Assembly (NCBI GenBank): GCA_043825985.1
Contig: JBDRRB010000018.1
Coordinates: 16,934-80,933, forward strand
Length of the DNA: 64,000 bases
From: a bacterium
Lineage (GTDB): Bacteria > Patescibacteriota > Patescibacteriia > SG8-24
Reading direction: 5' to 3'
In this document: piece by piece, positions 1 to 9,664 of the stretch
How positions within the stretch are numbered: the first letter of the stretch is position 1
How the letters are laid out: every line of letters starts with the position of its first letter
Made by a program: the position numbers and the translations under genes
The notes under the pieces: generated by a model
What the model was told of the DNA's origin: nothing
Seen by the model: only the letters and a program-made list of their open reading frames with translations
Database searches by the model: none

Positions 1-2
1 CC

Positions 3-1295
3 GAGAGGATCAAGCAGAATGCGACAAAGCCGACAGCGGAACGGGCCGACCGCGCCGACGAAGATGGCGAGACGAACGTGCTGCACCTGACCGAGGACGA
101 CCTTGCCGGCACCGACGGTCCGAACATCATTCCTCCCCCTTCAGGCGGAGGACGGTTGGGACCGGCGTTCGACGCCTGGAGGTCCCTGGACCGACGGAGC
201 CGAAACCTGCTGCTCGCGGCGGTCGGACTGACGCTCGTCGTCATCGTCAGCCTGACCGGCCTGTTCTGGCGGCGCAGCTCCGACCAGACGACGGCCGGAT
301 TCGACAAGCAGGTGGCGGCCATCCGTCAGCAGATCGATTCGGCCGAAGCCAGCCTGATCTACCGCGACGAGGACCGGGCCCGTCGGCTGCTCGACGAGGC
401 AATGGCGGCGATCGCCGGACTGCCTGACCGGCCAGAAGACCGGGCTCAGACCAAACAGGAGCTGTCGGAGGAGATCCGACTCAGGTTCTCCGATCTCCGA
501 CGGGCCGTGCAGCTAGACGCGCCGGAAGTGATCGCGTCGATATCGAGCGACGGCCAGCCGGTCGAACTGCGGCTGCTGACCACCGAAACCAACGGCCGTC
601 TCTGGACCGCCGCCGCCGACGGCCGAATATTCCTGGTGTCAACTGACGGGTCGGCGGAACTGCTCCACACCCCGAACCCGTCCAAGGCACCGACCTTCCT
701 CCTGCCGAAGGGCAACGGCACCCTGGTCGGATACGACGATGGGCAGCTGGTCTCGGTCTCGACCGGCGGAAAGGTGGCCGAACTGCCCCTGTCGATCGGC
801 GACTACGAGACCGGCATCGGGGCGGCGGCCGTCTACGGGTCACGGATGTACCTGCTCGACCCGGGACACAACCGCATCCTGCGGCTGGCCGCGACCGGCA
901 ACGGCTACGGCAGTCCGGAAATCTACGTCAAGGACGGCACCGACCTGTCTAAGTCGGTATCGCTGACCATCGACGGCAGCGTCTACGTCCTGTCCTCCGA
1001 CGGCAAGATCGTCCGCCTGCTGCAGGGCAAGGGCACCGACTTCAACACCGACCCCACTGACCCACCCCTCAGCAGCCCCAGGCTGATCCGCTCGTCGAGC
1101 GACCGCGATGACCTCTACGTCCTCGACGGCGGACGCGTCGTCCGGTTCGACAAGACCGGCGGAAGGCTGATCCGACAGTACGAGTCCGCCGACCTGGAAT
1201 CGGCCGGCGACTTCCTGGCCGTGCAGTCGGAGAGGCACCTGCTGATCACGAACGGCAACCGACTGCTGCGCTTCACCTGGCCGGAGGAAAACTAA
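3..1295 (+). CDS. Membrane-anchored protein with C-terminal NHL/beta-propeller-like domain (5' partial)
   Basis: Frame is open to the window edge; one TM helix (LLLAAVGLTLVVIVSLTGLFW), a coiled coil, then propeller-like repeats (YGSRMYLLD, SLTIDGSVYVL). Confidence 0.65.
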   Translation, partial: ERIKQNATKPTAERADRADEDGETNVLHLTEDDLAGTDGPNIIPPPSGGGRLGPAFDAWRSLDRRSRNLLLAAVGLTLVVIVSLTGLFWRRSSDQTTAGFDKQVAAIRQQIDSAEASLIYRDEDRARRLLDEAMAAIAGLPDRPEDRAQTKQELSEEIRLRFSDLRRAVQLDAPEVIASISSDGQPVELRLLTTETNGRLWTAAADGRIFLVSTDGSAELLHTPNPSKAPTFLLPKGNGTLVGYDDGQLVSVSTGGKVAELPLSIGDYETGIGAAAVYGSRMYLLDPGHNRILRLAATGNGYGSPEIYVKDGTDLSKSVSLTIDGSVYVLSSDGKIVRLLQGKGTDFNTDPTDPPLSSPRLIRSSSDRDDLYVLDGGRVVRFDKTGGRLIRQYESADLESAGDFLAVQSERHLLITNGNRLLRFTWPEEN

Positions 1296-1312
1296 GTCGG
1301 TTCGACGATCAC

Positions 1313-1349
1313 AAAAAACAAATCCCTGACCGAATGTCGGGGATTTTTG
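1313..1349. terminator. Bidirectional intrinsic terminator
   Basis: aaaaaacaaatccctgac-cgaat-gtcggggatttttg hairpin between convergent genes. Confidence 0.7.
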
Positions 1350-1369
1350 TCCTATTAATCTAGATCCTT

Positions 1370-1786
1370 TTACAACTTCTCAACTATCTCGTAAATGTAC
1401 TGACCAAACTTGTCCTGTCCCATCGCCCGCCACTCCTCAGGAGTGTGCCACTCACCCCGCCGTTCTGGTTTATCCGTGATGAAACGGTCAACTTTGCCTA
1501 CCTTAACCAAATAGTCAGCGAAAATCATGTGAATCTTTTCCCCATCAGTACCTTGGACGTCCAAGCCATCCGTCAAACCGATTAACTCCAACTTCTCCAC
1601 ATCCAAATTGGTTTTCTTCTTGACGTTCTCACGTATGATTGAATCGATCGTCTGGCCCCACTTTATTTCTCCGTTAATACAGGTAAAACGATCATTCTGA
1701 GAAGGTGTGCTCCGCAAGTAAAGTCGCCCGGCCGGATCAAAAATAAATGCACCCGCCAAAAACTTTGGTTTTTTCTCTTCACTCAT
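1370..1786 (-). CDS. NUDIX-fold protein with degenerate Nudix box
   Basis: GAFIFDPAGRLYL...NGEIKWGQTIDSIIRENVKKKTNLDV...EWHTPEE; lower GC than neighbours. Confidence 0.65.
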   Translation of the reverse strand: MSEEKKPKFLAGAFIFDPAGRLYLRSTPSQNDRFTCINGEIKWGQTIDSIIRENVKKKTNLDVEKLELIGLTDGLDVQGTDGEKIHMIFADYLVKVGKVDRFITDKPERRGEWHTPEEWRAMGQDKFGQYIYEIVEKL

Positions 1787-1845
1787 AGGTTTAAACGGCA
1801 CTGATTAACAGACCGATCATGGCAGGTATATTTTTCGAAGAAAAC

Positions 1846-1874
1846 AAGAAGGCGGACCACATCGGTCCGCCTTC
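1846..1874 (-). terminator. Terminator after rplL
   Basis: agaaggcggacc-acatc-ggtccgccttct hairpin followed by a U-rich tract on the minus strand. Confidence 0.65.
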
Positions 1875-1904
1875 TGCGTCTCGAACGCGAGTTCGAACGC
1901 CCGA

Positions 1905-2330
1905 CTACTTCAGAGTGATCTTGGCGCCGGCCTCCTCGAGCTTCTTCTTCCACTCCTGGGCCTGTTCCTTGGCCACGCCCTCCTGGAGGACCTTCGGGGC
2001 GCTGTCGACGACACCCTTGGCGTCGGCGAGGCCCATCTGGGTCAGCTCGCGGATCGCCTTGATGACGCCGATCTTGTTCGAACCGGCCTCGGTGATCTCG
2101 ACGTCGAACGAAGACTTCTCGTCCTCGGCGGCGGCGTCGCCACCGACGGCCGGAGCGGCACCGGCGAAGGCCATCATCGGAGCGGCGGCCGAAACGCCGA
2201 ACTTCTCCTCGAGGACCTTGACCAGCTCGGCCAGATCCAGCACGGACATCTTCTCGATGCTGCCGACGAGGTCCTTGAACTTGGCCGGGGCCTCAACCTC
2301 CTTCTTCTCGTCCTGATTCTCTTCCGACAT
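1905..2330 (-). CDS. rplL: 50S ribosomal protein L7/L12
   Basis: [49 protein letters not shown]. Confidence 0.98.
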   Translation of the reverse strand: MSEENQDEKKEVEAPAKFKDLVGSIEKMSVLDLAELVKVLEEKFGVSAAAPMMAFAGAAPAVGGDAAAEDEKSSFDVEITEAGSNKIGVIKAIRELTQMGLADAKGVVDSAPKVLQEGVAKEQAQEWKKKLEEAGAKITLK

Positions 2331-2379
2331 AACAGTCTCTTTTAAGTAATTGCGGTTAAAGCGTGTTTCGCCGACCAGG

Positions 2380-2901
2380 TCAGGACTTCGCGTCCTTGAC
2401 CGCGTTCAGCACGTAGACCAGGTTGCGGATGTTGCCCTGCAGCGCGCCGACCAGTCCGGACAGCGGTGCGCGGATAGATCCGACCACCTGAGAGATGAGC
2501 TGCTCCCGACCCGGCAGCTTGGAGAGGGCGATGATCTCGTCGGAGGTCACCCATCGCGACTCCAGGATTCCGCCCTGGACGTTGAGCTCCTTGCGCTCCT
2601 TGCGGATGTCGGCCACGAGCCTGGCCGGAGCCACCTCGTCGCCCAGACCCAGGAGAAGGGTCAGGCTGCCGCCGATCAAGTCCTCGTCGAACGACAGTCC
2701 GGCCTCCTTGGCCGCCCGGTGGAGCAGGGTCTTCTTGACGCCCCTCACCCGAACCGACTGCTGTCTCGCCTTCTGACGAAGCGCCGTGGTCTCCTGCACC
2801 TTGAGCGGCGACAGGTCGGCCATCACGATCGACTTGGCCTGCCTCAGGCTGTCGGCGATCTCGCGCACTTCGGCTTCCTTCTGTTCCCTTGTCTTGGCCA
2901 T
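2380..2901 (-). CDS. rplJ: 50S ribosomal protein L10
   Basis: MAKTREQK...LRQKAR...VKKTLL...[16 protein letters not shown]; directly upstream of rplL. Confidence 0.95.
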   Translation of the reverse strand: MAKTREQKEAEVREIADSLRQAKSIVMADLSPLKVQETTALRQKARQQSVRVRGVKKTLLHRAAKEAGLSFDEDLIGGSLTLLLGLGDEVAPARLVADIRKERKELNVQGGILESRWVTSDEIIALSKLPGREQLISQVVGSIRAPLSGLVGALQGNIRNLVYVLNAVKDAKS

Positions 2902-3090
2902 AAAGCAATGCGTTTTCTTTTTCCGAACCCGAAGGTTCAACTCGACCTTTGGTGACACCCCGGAAACCGAGGCGCGAACCGCCGCCGGGCCGCCACGATG
3001 GCGTCCGACGAGGCCCGTCTGAAACTAAAATGCCGCGGCATTACCGCAGACATGGGTTCGCGAGACTGACGACGAAATTCCGTCCCGCTT

Positions 3091-3145
3091 GCCTGTGCAG
3101 GCGCCACAGCGTGGCTTTGTCCTCGCGGACCCGCAGTCTACGGCT
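3091..3145 (-). promoter_or_regulatory. L10 leader (rplJ autoregulatory RNA)
   Basis: Minus strand GCCGTAGACTGCGGG...CCTGCACAGG resembles the CCGUAGACAGCAGG...CCUGCCGAGG pattern and lies upstream of rplJ. Confidence 0.7.
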
Positions 3146-3242
3146 ATGCTTTGTCGAGGGCATGATAGTACCCCGCCGCGACACTGTCAAGCCAGCGCCG
3201 GACGGGGTACCTTCCTGCCCGTCTATCTTTAGATGGCGAAGC

Positions 3243-3731
3243 CTATTCCGGCACGCTCAGGGTAGCGTTGCCCAGTTCCGGCTCGATCTTGATCACCCGC
3301 TCGATCTCGGTGACCTGCCCGGCGTCGTCGGCGACGGAAATGCGCAGGGTCATCTGTCCGCGGGAGGCGATCTCGACGTTGCCGGCCAGCATGGCGAAGG
3401 AGACGCGCTCCTCGTAGTCGCGTCCGACCAAGTCGTCGCGCGAGATCTTGATCGTCTTGTTGAGCTCCACCACCTGCACCTTGAGCGTGCTGAAGTCGAT
3501 CGCGTAGTCGTCCTGTACGCGCACCATGCCGACCATCTCCGTCAGCCGGACACGGCCGATCGGCGTCCAAGTGAAGTCCACGGTCGGCTTGTTGTCCTGC
3601 CCGCGCGTCAGGTGGGAAAAACTCTTCCACCGGTCGGCCACCACCAGGACGGCGATGAAGATGACCGCCGCCACGATCGGGAAACTAATGATCCGCCTCT
3701 TTTTGGTCTGTCTTTCCATACTGAAAATCAC
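3243..3731 (-). CDS. Hypothetical membrane-anchored protein (beta-rich domain)
   Basis: N-terminal TM helix then beta-rich region; overlaps the pyrH stop codon. Confidence 0.55.
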   Translation of the reverse strand: MIFSMERQTKKRRIISFPIVAAVIFIAVLVVADRWKSFSHLTRGQDNKPTVDFTWTPIGRVRLTEMVGMVRVQDDYAIDFSTLKVQVVELNKTIKISRDDLVGRDYEERVSFAMLAGNVEIASRGQMTLRISVADDAGQVTEIERVIKIEPELGNATLSVPE

Positions 3732-4426
3732 TCTCCGATGACGGTGCCGCGGAAACGGTCCCCGTCCAGGATCTTCTTTAGGTTGTCGAGCCGCCCGCCG
3801 TCCGCGATTATGACCCGCAGGCCGGACTCGTGCGCCAGCTTAGACGCAACCGGGTCAAAAGGCAAGTTGGAACCGGGCACCCATTTCGACCCGACCAGCT
3901 TCCGGTATTCCTTCCAGCCCATCTCCTTGAGCGGCCGCGCGTCGGGATGGCGTTTCGGGTCGCGGTCGTAGACGTAATCGATGTTGGTCAGGTTGATGAC
4001 GGTCGACGCAGCTAACTTCTTGGCCAGCAGAACCGCCTCGTAGTCGCTCGAGCAGCCGGGCTTCCATCCGGCGCTGACCACTATCGAATGCCTGACCCGC
4101 AACGGCAGCGTCGGGTTAAGGACCATCTCCGGATGTGCCATATCGCGAAATACGGTCCTGACCAGATGACCGTTCATCCGTGTCGCCTCAATACCCAGCA
4201 AGTCCAGCTCCCTACTCGTCAAGCGAACGACTGCCGAACTGGCGCGCTGATATTCGCGCGCGAGGCTACCGCCGCCGCAGATGATCGCGAATTTCCGACC
4301 AAGTTTCACTTGCGCCAGGATCAGACTTCGAAAACGGCCCAGGTAGCGATCGTCCACGCGACCGTCTGGATTAATCAACGACCCGCCAAGGGAAAGGACA
4401 AACGTTTCGGAGCTGCTTTTGGCCAT
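3728..4426 (-). CDS. pyrH: UMP kinase, archaeal type
   Basis: VLSLGGSLI, IICGGGSLAREYQ, GWKPGCSSDY, TNIDYVYDRDP, PFDPVASKLA. Confidence 0.92.
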   Translation of the reverse strand: MAKSSSETFVLSLGGSLINPDGRVDDRYLGRFRSLILAQVKLGRKFAIICGGGSLAREYQRASSAVVRLTSRELDLLGIEATRMNGHLVRTVFRDMAHPEMVLNPTLPLRVRHSIVVSAGWKPGCSSDYEAVLLAKKLAASTVINLTNIDYVYDRDPKRHPDARPLKEMGWKEYRKLVGSKWVPGSNLPFDPVASKLAHESGLRVIIADGGRLDNLKKILDGDRFRGTVIGE

Positions 4427-4481
4427 AGCTGCGTAGTTATCTTATTCAAGAGAAGACCTGACTGGCGTCAGGTCTGGATGC

Positions 4482-4598
4482 TCATTTGGGCCGCCGGGGC
4501 GGAACGGGCTGCGGACGGCGGGGTGCCGACCGGAACGAGCTCGGCGTCCGATAGCCGAGCTTGGCGCTCTTTCCCCTGGTCCGGGCGTTGTTCTTCAT
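4482..4598 (-). CDS. Putative 38-aa basic peptide
   Basis: ATG..TGA ORF MKNNARTRGKSAKLGYRTPSSFRSAPRRPQPVPPRRPK fills the gap and is followed by hairpin agacctgac/gtcaggtct. Confidence 0.35.
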   Translation of the reverse strand: MKNNARTRGKSAKLGYRTPSSFRSAPRRPQPVPPRRPK

Positions 4599-4617
4599 AG
4601 GAAGAGGTGCAAAGAGA

Positions 4618-5382
4618 TCACTCGTCCTCGCGGCGGCGCAGCTCGATCCGTCCGATGTTGTCGACGTATCGGCGGGCGATGCCCCGGTACTCGGACGACA
4701 TGGAGTCGATCGCCGCTAGCAGGCTCGCCACGGCGGCGAATCCGGACAGTATCATGCCGGCCGAGAGACGTGCTGTCCAGGCGTCGGCCGTCGACAGCCA
4801 GACCGTCACCGCCAAGGCAAGCCAGAGCAGCACGATCGTGCCCCAGACGTAGGACGACATGCGCGAATCCTTAAGTTCCTTGATCTGCTGGCGCGACTCG
4901 GCCACCACGGCGACCGTGCGGAGCAACTCGTCGTACAGCACCTCCTCCTTGCTGGAACGCAGTTCAGGAACCTTGTAGACGTGGTAGCTCAGCTCGCGAA
5001 ACTTCGAGTTGAGGTCCTCGTAACGACTGAAGTCTATCTCGGAAAACGCGCTCAGGTAGTGGTAGAGATGGCCGTGCAGCTCGGTGAACCAGCCCCGGTA
5101 GCGCTGACCGTCGGTCTCGCTCAGGTTCTTGGAGATATGGTAGATGCGCCGGAGCTTGTTCAGCTCGAGATTGACCGTCTGCATGAGGCGGCGGCGCTTG
5201 TCGACGGCATACCCGAAGAGCAGGACCATGACCAGCGAGACCAGCATGGCCATCGGCAGGTCGAAGCGGGGGCGTCCGGACTGGCCGTAGGCCGGCAGCG
5301 CGAACATGACCGCGACCGGCACGACCAGCGACAGTCCGAGGTACAGGACCGTCCTCTTAGAGTGCATTATGTCCATAGGCAT
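4618..5382 (-). CDS. Hypothetical membrane protein (4 TM)
   Basis: Two N-terminal and two C-terminal hydrophobic helices around a helical soluble region. Confidence 0.6.
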   Translation of the reverse strand: MPMDIMHSKRTVLYLGLSLVVPVAVMFALPAYGQSGRPRFDLPMAMLVSLVMVLLFGYAVDKRRRLMQTVNLELNKLRRIYHISKNLSETDGQRYRGWFTELHGHLYHYLSAFSEIDFSRYEDLNSKFRELSYHVYKVPELRSSKEEVLYDELLRTVAVVAESRQQIKELKDSRMSSYVWGTIVLLWLALAVTVWLSTADAWTARLSAGMILSGFAAVASLLAAIDSMSSEYRGIARRYVDNIGRIELRRREDE

Positions 5383-5418
5383 TGACGTTGGCCCTTAGCC
5401 CGGGCTGGGAGCAGTATA

Positions 5419-5646
5419 TCACACGGATTCGCCGAACTTTACCTTCAGCTCGTTGACCCGGGTCTCGACTTCGGTCAGTCGCTGGCGGCACCTCTGGGCC
5501 AGGTCGAGCCCGCGTTCGAACCTCTTGAGGCCCTCGTCGAGATCGATCTCGCCGGAATCGAACCACTTGATTATCTCCTCCAGCTCGGCGTAGCTGCGGC
5601 CGAAGTCGATCGGCTCGTCCTGCGCGGCGGTCTTTTTCTGTGTCAT
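5419..5646 (-). CDS. xseB: Exodeoxyribonuclease VII small subunit
   Basis: ELEEIIKWFDSGEIDLDEGLKRFERGLDL; adjacent to xseA. Confidence 0.93.
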   Translation of the reverse strand: MTQKKTAAQDEPIDFGRSYAELEEIIKWFDSGEIDLDEGLKRFERGLDLAQRCRQRLTEVETRVNELKVKFGESV

Positions 5647-5668
5647 GACTTTGATGGAAACGGACCGG

Positions 5669-6919
5669 TTAATCCCGGACCACTGACTCGACCCGAACGC
5701 CCACCCGACCGCGGTGCAGCTCGATGTCGAGGGTATCCCCGACCGACGCGCGGGAAGCCTCCCTGAGCGGCCGGCCGGCCAGGCGAACGATGGAATATCC
5801 CCGCTGCAGCACGGCCCGGGGATCGAGGCTCTCCAGGAGCCGGCGGCGATCCGCCAGCCGCTCGTTCAGCCTCGACAGGAACGGTCCCGGCGCCTCCAGC
5901 AGGCGGGGTTCGATCCGGCGCAGGTCATGCGACAGCATCGCCACCCGTTCGGCGAAGCGGCCGAAGACGTCGGTCAGGTCGCGCTGGCGATGGCGGAAGG
6001 ACGATACGGCCGACATGATGCCTCGTTCCATGACCCGAACCGCCCGGTCCATCTCCGCGACCCTCTCCCCGACGGCGGTATCCATGCCGTAGGTCAGGCG
6101 TCGGCGAAGCGACTCGACTGCCGCGCCGACCTCGTTGCGGTCCGGCACCACGATCTCCGCGGCGTTCGACGGCGTGGAGGCCCGGACGTCGGCGGCGAAG
6201 TCGGCCAGCGTCTCGTCGCGCTCATGCCCTACCCCGACCACGATCGGCATCGGCGACGAGAAGACTGCCCGAGCGACCTCCTCGGAGTTGAACGCCTGCA
6301 GGTCCTCGAGCGATCCGCCGCCCCTCGTGAGCACCAGCACGTCGGCCAGCTCCGGATGGGCGGCAAAATGGGCGAAGGCGGCCAGAATGTCGCCGACGGC
6401 ATCGCGGCCCTGGACCTGCACGTGGACGGAATTCACCTCGACGTCCGACCAGCGGTTGCCGAGGATGCGCAGGAAGTCGGAATAGGCGGCCGACTCGCGC
6501 GAGGCAATCAGGCCGATGCGCCGCGGAAACTTGGGCAGCGGCCGCTTGCGGGCCGGATCGAAGATTCCCTCCGCCTCGAGAGAGCGCCGCAGCAGGTCGT
6601 AGGCCCGACGCAGTGCGCCCTCGCCGACCGGCTCGACCCGATCGACCACGACCGAGAACTTGCCGCTCCGCTCATGGACCTTGGGCTGCCCGTAGATGCG
6701 GACCTGCATTCCGTCCTCGAGCGGCTGCCGGAGCTTCCAGGTGGTGCCGAAGCAGGACAGGACCGCGCCGTTGTCCTTGACCAGGAACCAGATCCACTTG
6801 CCCTGCGAGACGCGATATTCGGCCACCTCGCCCTCGATCGCCACCCCGTCAGGAAAAACCGCCTCGGACAGGGCGGAGTTCAGGAAGCCGACGAATTCGG
6901 TCACCGAAAAGTTGTGCAT
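5669..6919 (-). CDS. xseA: Exodeoxyribonuclease VII large subunit
   Basis: N-terminal OB fold, RGGGSLEDLQAFN, GVGHERD, ASTPSNAAE, LQRGYSIV. Confidence 0.96.
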   Translation of the reverse strand: MHNFSVTEFVGFLNSALSEAVFPDGVAIEGEVAEYRVSQGKWIWFLVKDNGAVLSCFGTTWKLRQPLEDGMQVRIYGQPKVHERSGKFSVVVDRVEPVGEGALRRAYDLLRRSLEAEGIFDPARKRPLPKFPRRIGLIASRESAAYSDFLRILGNRWSDVEVNSVHVQVQGRDAVGDILAAFAHFAAHPELADVLVLTRGGGSLEDLQAFNSEEVARAVFSSPMPIVVGVGHERDETLADFAADVRASTPSNAAEIVVPDRNEVGAAVESLRRRLTYGMDTAVGERVAEMDRAVRVMERGIMSAVSSFRHRQRDLTDVFGRFAERVAMLSHDLRRIEPRLLEAPGPFLSRLNERLADRRRLLESLDPRAVLQRGYSIVRLAGRPLREASRASVGDTLDIELHRGRVGVRVESVVRD

Positions 6920-6961
6920 CGAGTCGTTCCGTTAACTACGCGGTCCGGGAACAGCCGGACA

Positions 6962-7834
6962 TCAGGGCTGAAGAATGCCTTCGCTCTTGCCGTCGACGGT
7001 GATGACCACGCCCTTCACCTCGGGAAACTGCCTGAGCGTCGACTCGATCTGGCTGCGGATGGCGGTCACCCGGCACGAGCCGGCCACGCCGCGGTCCAGG
7101 GTTCGGTCGAAGTCGACCGTGACCACGCCGGTGGCGTCCGTGCCGACCGACTTTATCTTCACCCGGTCCGGCAGCTGCGTGACGTAGCCGACCTTGGACT
7201 CTTCGTCGGTCGGACCGGCCAGCAGTTCCTCGATCGCCGAGCGGAAGACGCTGCTGCGGCTGGTGACCGAACGGCTGACCGGAAACACCTTCTGGCAGTC
7301 GGTCCACGGGTCGAGCTGCGAATTGGAGAAATAGACCATCACGCTGACCGCATCCGGACGGCCGAAGCTGATCTGCCTGGTCTGAACGGCATCCGGGTCG
7401 TCGCTGCCGGACAGCGACACGCGCAGGATGAAGTCGCCGACCTGCCCGATGTCACCGACCGTCAGCGTGAATCGACCGTACTCCCCTTCGGCCGCGACCA
7501 CGTCCAGGCGCCGGCTGTAGATCTCGTCGCCGGCCGGACCGAGAACCGAAACTAGCACCTGACCGGCCAGCGAGCGGCCGGCCACCTCAAACGGGGGGCT
7601 GACCACTGTACCGTCCATCGGCGTCTCGAGCAGGATCGGCAGGCCGCCAGCCACGTCGACCGGCTCGCCCGGAACGTAGGGCTGGGATTCCGGCGGCGGC
7701 GGCGGAAGCGGATAGGACTCGTTGACCGGTCCTGAGCCTTCACCGGACGAAAAAGAAGTCAGGCTCGACCGACCAAGCCGAAACCCGACGAGCGCCACCG
7801 TCAGCAGAACCAGGATGAAAATCAGTCTCTTCAT
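6962..7834 (-). CDS. GerMN domain-containing exported protein
   Basis: Signal/TM; AIEELLAGPT.EE, GSCRVTAIRSQIESTLRQFPEVKGVVITVDG. Confidence 0.8.
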   Translation of the reverse strand: MKRLIFILVLLTVALVGFRLGRSSLTSFSSGEGSGPVNESYPLPPPPPESQPYVPGEPVDVAGGLPILLETPMDGTVVSPPFEVAGRSLAGQVLVSVLGPAGDEIYSRRLDVVAAEGEYGRFTLTVGDIGQVGDFILRVSLSGSDDPDAVQTRQISFGRPDAVSVMVYFSNSQLDPWTDCQKVFPVSRSVTSRSSVFRSAIEELLAGPTDEESKVGYVTQLPDRVKIKSVGTDATGVVTVDFDRTLDRGVAGSCRVTAIRSQIESTLRQFPEVKGVVITVDGKSEGILQP

Positions 7835-7993
7835 AATTTCACGCGTCAACATCGTACCATATCAGGACCGGGGCGGGCAGGCTGGCGGTCCGGCAAACAG
7901 AAAAGGCCGCGGCGACAGCCCGACCTCCTCTTCAGAGCTGACACGAAATGGCATGACGAAAGGTCCCGAGCAGGTCGGACGAGTCCCGCCGCC

Positions 7994-8953
7994 TCACTCG
8001 AAGACCTGACGAACGTATTCCGGATCGAGGCTATGGCGGAAGCTCTCCGCCATCTGCGCCCGAGCCGACCCGACATCGACCTCCGGATCGTCCTTCCAGC
8101 GCCAGAGCATCTCGAAAGACCTGACCAGCAGGCCGACCTGCAATGCGCCGAGATCGACCGGAAAGTGCTCCCTGATGGCCGCGACGTAACGGGCCTGCCA
8201 GTCCGGATTGCCCCACATCATGAGCCAGGCATGCACGGCGACGAACTCCCACGGATCAACCCCGCCGACCCAATCGACCACCGCCACCCGACCCTCCGGC
8301 AGGAGAATGAAGTTCCGCGGATAGAAGTCGCCGTTGGTGAACATCGACCCCTGATAGCGCTCGACCGGCGCCTGCACGAACAGCGCGGCGGCGGCGTCCA
8401 CGTCCGGCTGGGCCAGCCAGCCGAGCCGCACCAGGTCCGAAGCGCGGCGGCCGAACTCCTCGAACCACTGCCCGAAGTCGAACCGCCGGACGAACTCCGG
8501 CAGCGTGCCGATGTCCACCTGACGCAGGTCGCGCAGCACGTCGATCGACAGCGACGCGACATCCGGATCGAGTCCCTTTCCGCCCAGCACCTCCGGCTTG
8601 TGGTTCAGCTCCGACCACTCGTGGATCAGCGGTCGGCCGGCGATATACTGGGTCTCGAGCCAGTGCAGCCCGTCATGCTCTCCCGAGCCGAGCAGCTCCG
8701 GCACGACCAGGCGGCTGAAAGCCTCACGGTCCAGCGTCGGCAGGACCTCCCGCATGATGCGCATCTCATAGTCGATGCTCTCCGTCTTGCGGTGGTCGAC
8801 GCCGAACTTCAGGACATGCGTCGGAACGCTGCCGGAGTCCTCGGTCCGGACACAGAGCAGCAGGTTCCACTTCACGGCATCGACGATGCGCAGCCCCAAG
8901 TGCTCGAGCAGCGAAGGAATCTTGGGATGAAGCGGCGGGAGGGGAAGTTCCAT
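7994..8953 (-). CDS. Aminoglycoside phosphotransferase/kinase-like protein
   Basis: HVLKFG, NGDFYPRNF catalytic-loop motif, VVDW. Confidence 0.7.
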   Translation of the reverse strand: MELPLPPLHPKIPSLLEHLGLRIVDAVKWNLLLCVRTEDSGSVPTHVLKFGVDHRKTESIDYEMRIMREVLPTLDREAFSRLVVPELLGSGEHDGLHWLETQYIAGRPLIHEWSELNHKPEVLGGKGLDPDVASLSIDVLRDLRQVDIGTLPEFVRRFDFGQWFEEFGRRASDLVRLGWLAQPDVDAAAALFVQAPVERYQGSMFTNGDFYPRNFILLPEGRVAVVDWVGGVDPWEFVAVHAWLMMWGNPDWQARYVAAIREHFPVDLGALQVGLLVRSFEMLWRWKDDPEVDVGSARAQMAESFRHSLDPEYVRQVFE

Positions 8954-8965
8954 CTGACCGAGGGG

Positions 8966-9619
8966 TTAGTCCTGCTTAGGCTCGACGGTCACGGTCTCCA
9001 TGACGTCGCCGACGACGATCGACCGGACGACATCCAGGCCCGAAGTCACCTGACCGAAGATGGTGTAGTTCTTGGGCAGCGCCGGCTGGTCGCCCAGGCA
9101 GATGAAGAACTGGCTGCCGTTGGTGTCCGGTCCGGCATTGGCCATGGCCACCGTGCCGTCCAGGTAGTCACGGGTCACCGGCTCGTCCTCGAAGCGGTAG
9201 CCGGGGCCGCCGGTGCCGTTGCCGTTCGGGTCACCGCCCTGGATGACGAAGTTCGGCACGACCCGATGGAAGGCCAGCCCGTCGTAGTAGCCGCTCTCGA
9301 CCAGGGCGACGAAGTTGGAGACGGCCTTAGGCGCGTCCTCGGCGTAGAGGCCGAAGACGATCTCGCCCTTGGCGGTCTTGATCCGGACCTGGCGGTTCTC
9401 GATCCGTTCGGCCGGCAGTACGCCGACCGGCTGGTCCGGAACCGGAGGCCGCTCGGAGACGGAAGCGTCCGGCTCGTTTGTCTGCTGTGTCATATCCTGC
9501 TCGTTAGCCGTCGACGACGGAATTTCGCTCTCGACCCCTGCCGGCTGTCCGGCACCGCAGCCCCCGCCCAAAAACATGATTCCGAGCAGGGCCAGTACGG
9601 GCAACTTTCGCATATTCAT
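8966..9619 (-). CDS. Cyclophilin-type peptidyl-prolyl isomerase (lipoprotein)
   Basis: Lipobox-like FLGGGC; FHRVVPNFVIQGGDP, AMANAGPDTNGSQFFI. Confidence 0.93.
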   Translation of the reverse strand: MNMRKLPVLALLGIMFLGGGCGAGQPAGVESEIPSSTANEQDMTQQTNEPDASVSERPPVPDQPVGVLPAERIENRQVRIKTAKGEIVFGLYAEDAPKAVSNFVALVESGYYDGLAFHRVVPNFVIQGGDPNGNGTGGPGYRFEDEPVTRDYLDGTVAMANAGPDTNGSQFFICLGDQPALPKNYTIFGQVTSGLDVVRSIVVGDVMETVTVEPKQD

Positions 9620-9664
9620 ATACGTTAGTGGAAATCTGATCAAATCGATCCCAAAAGAAAGGGA

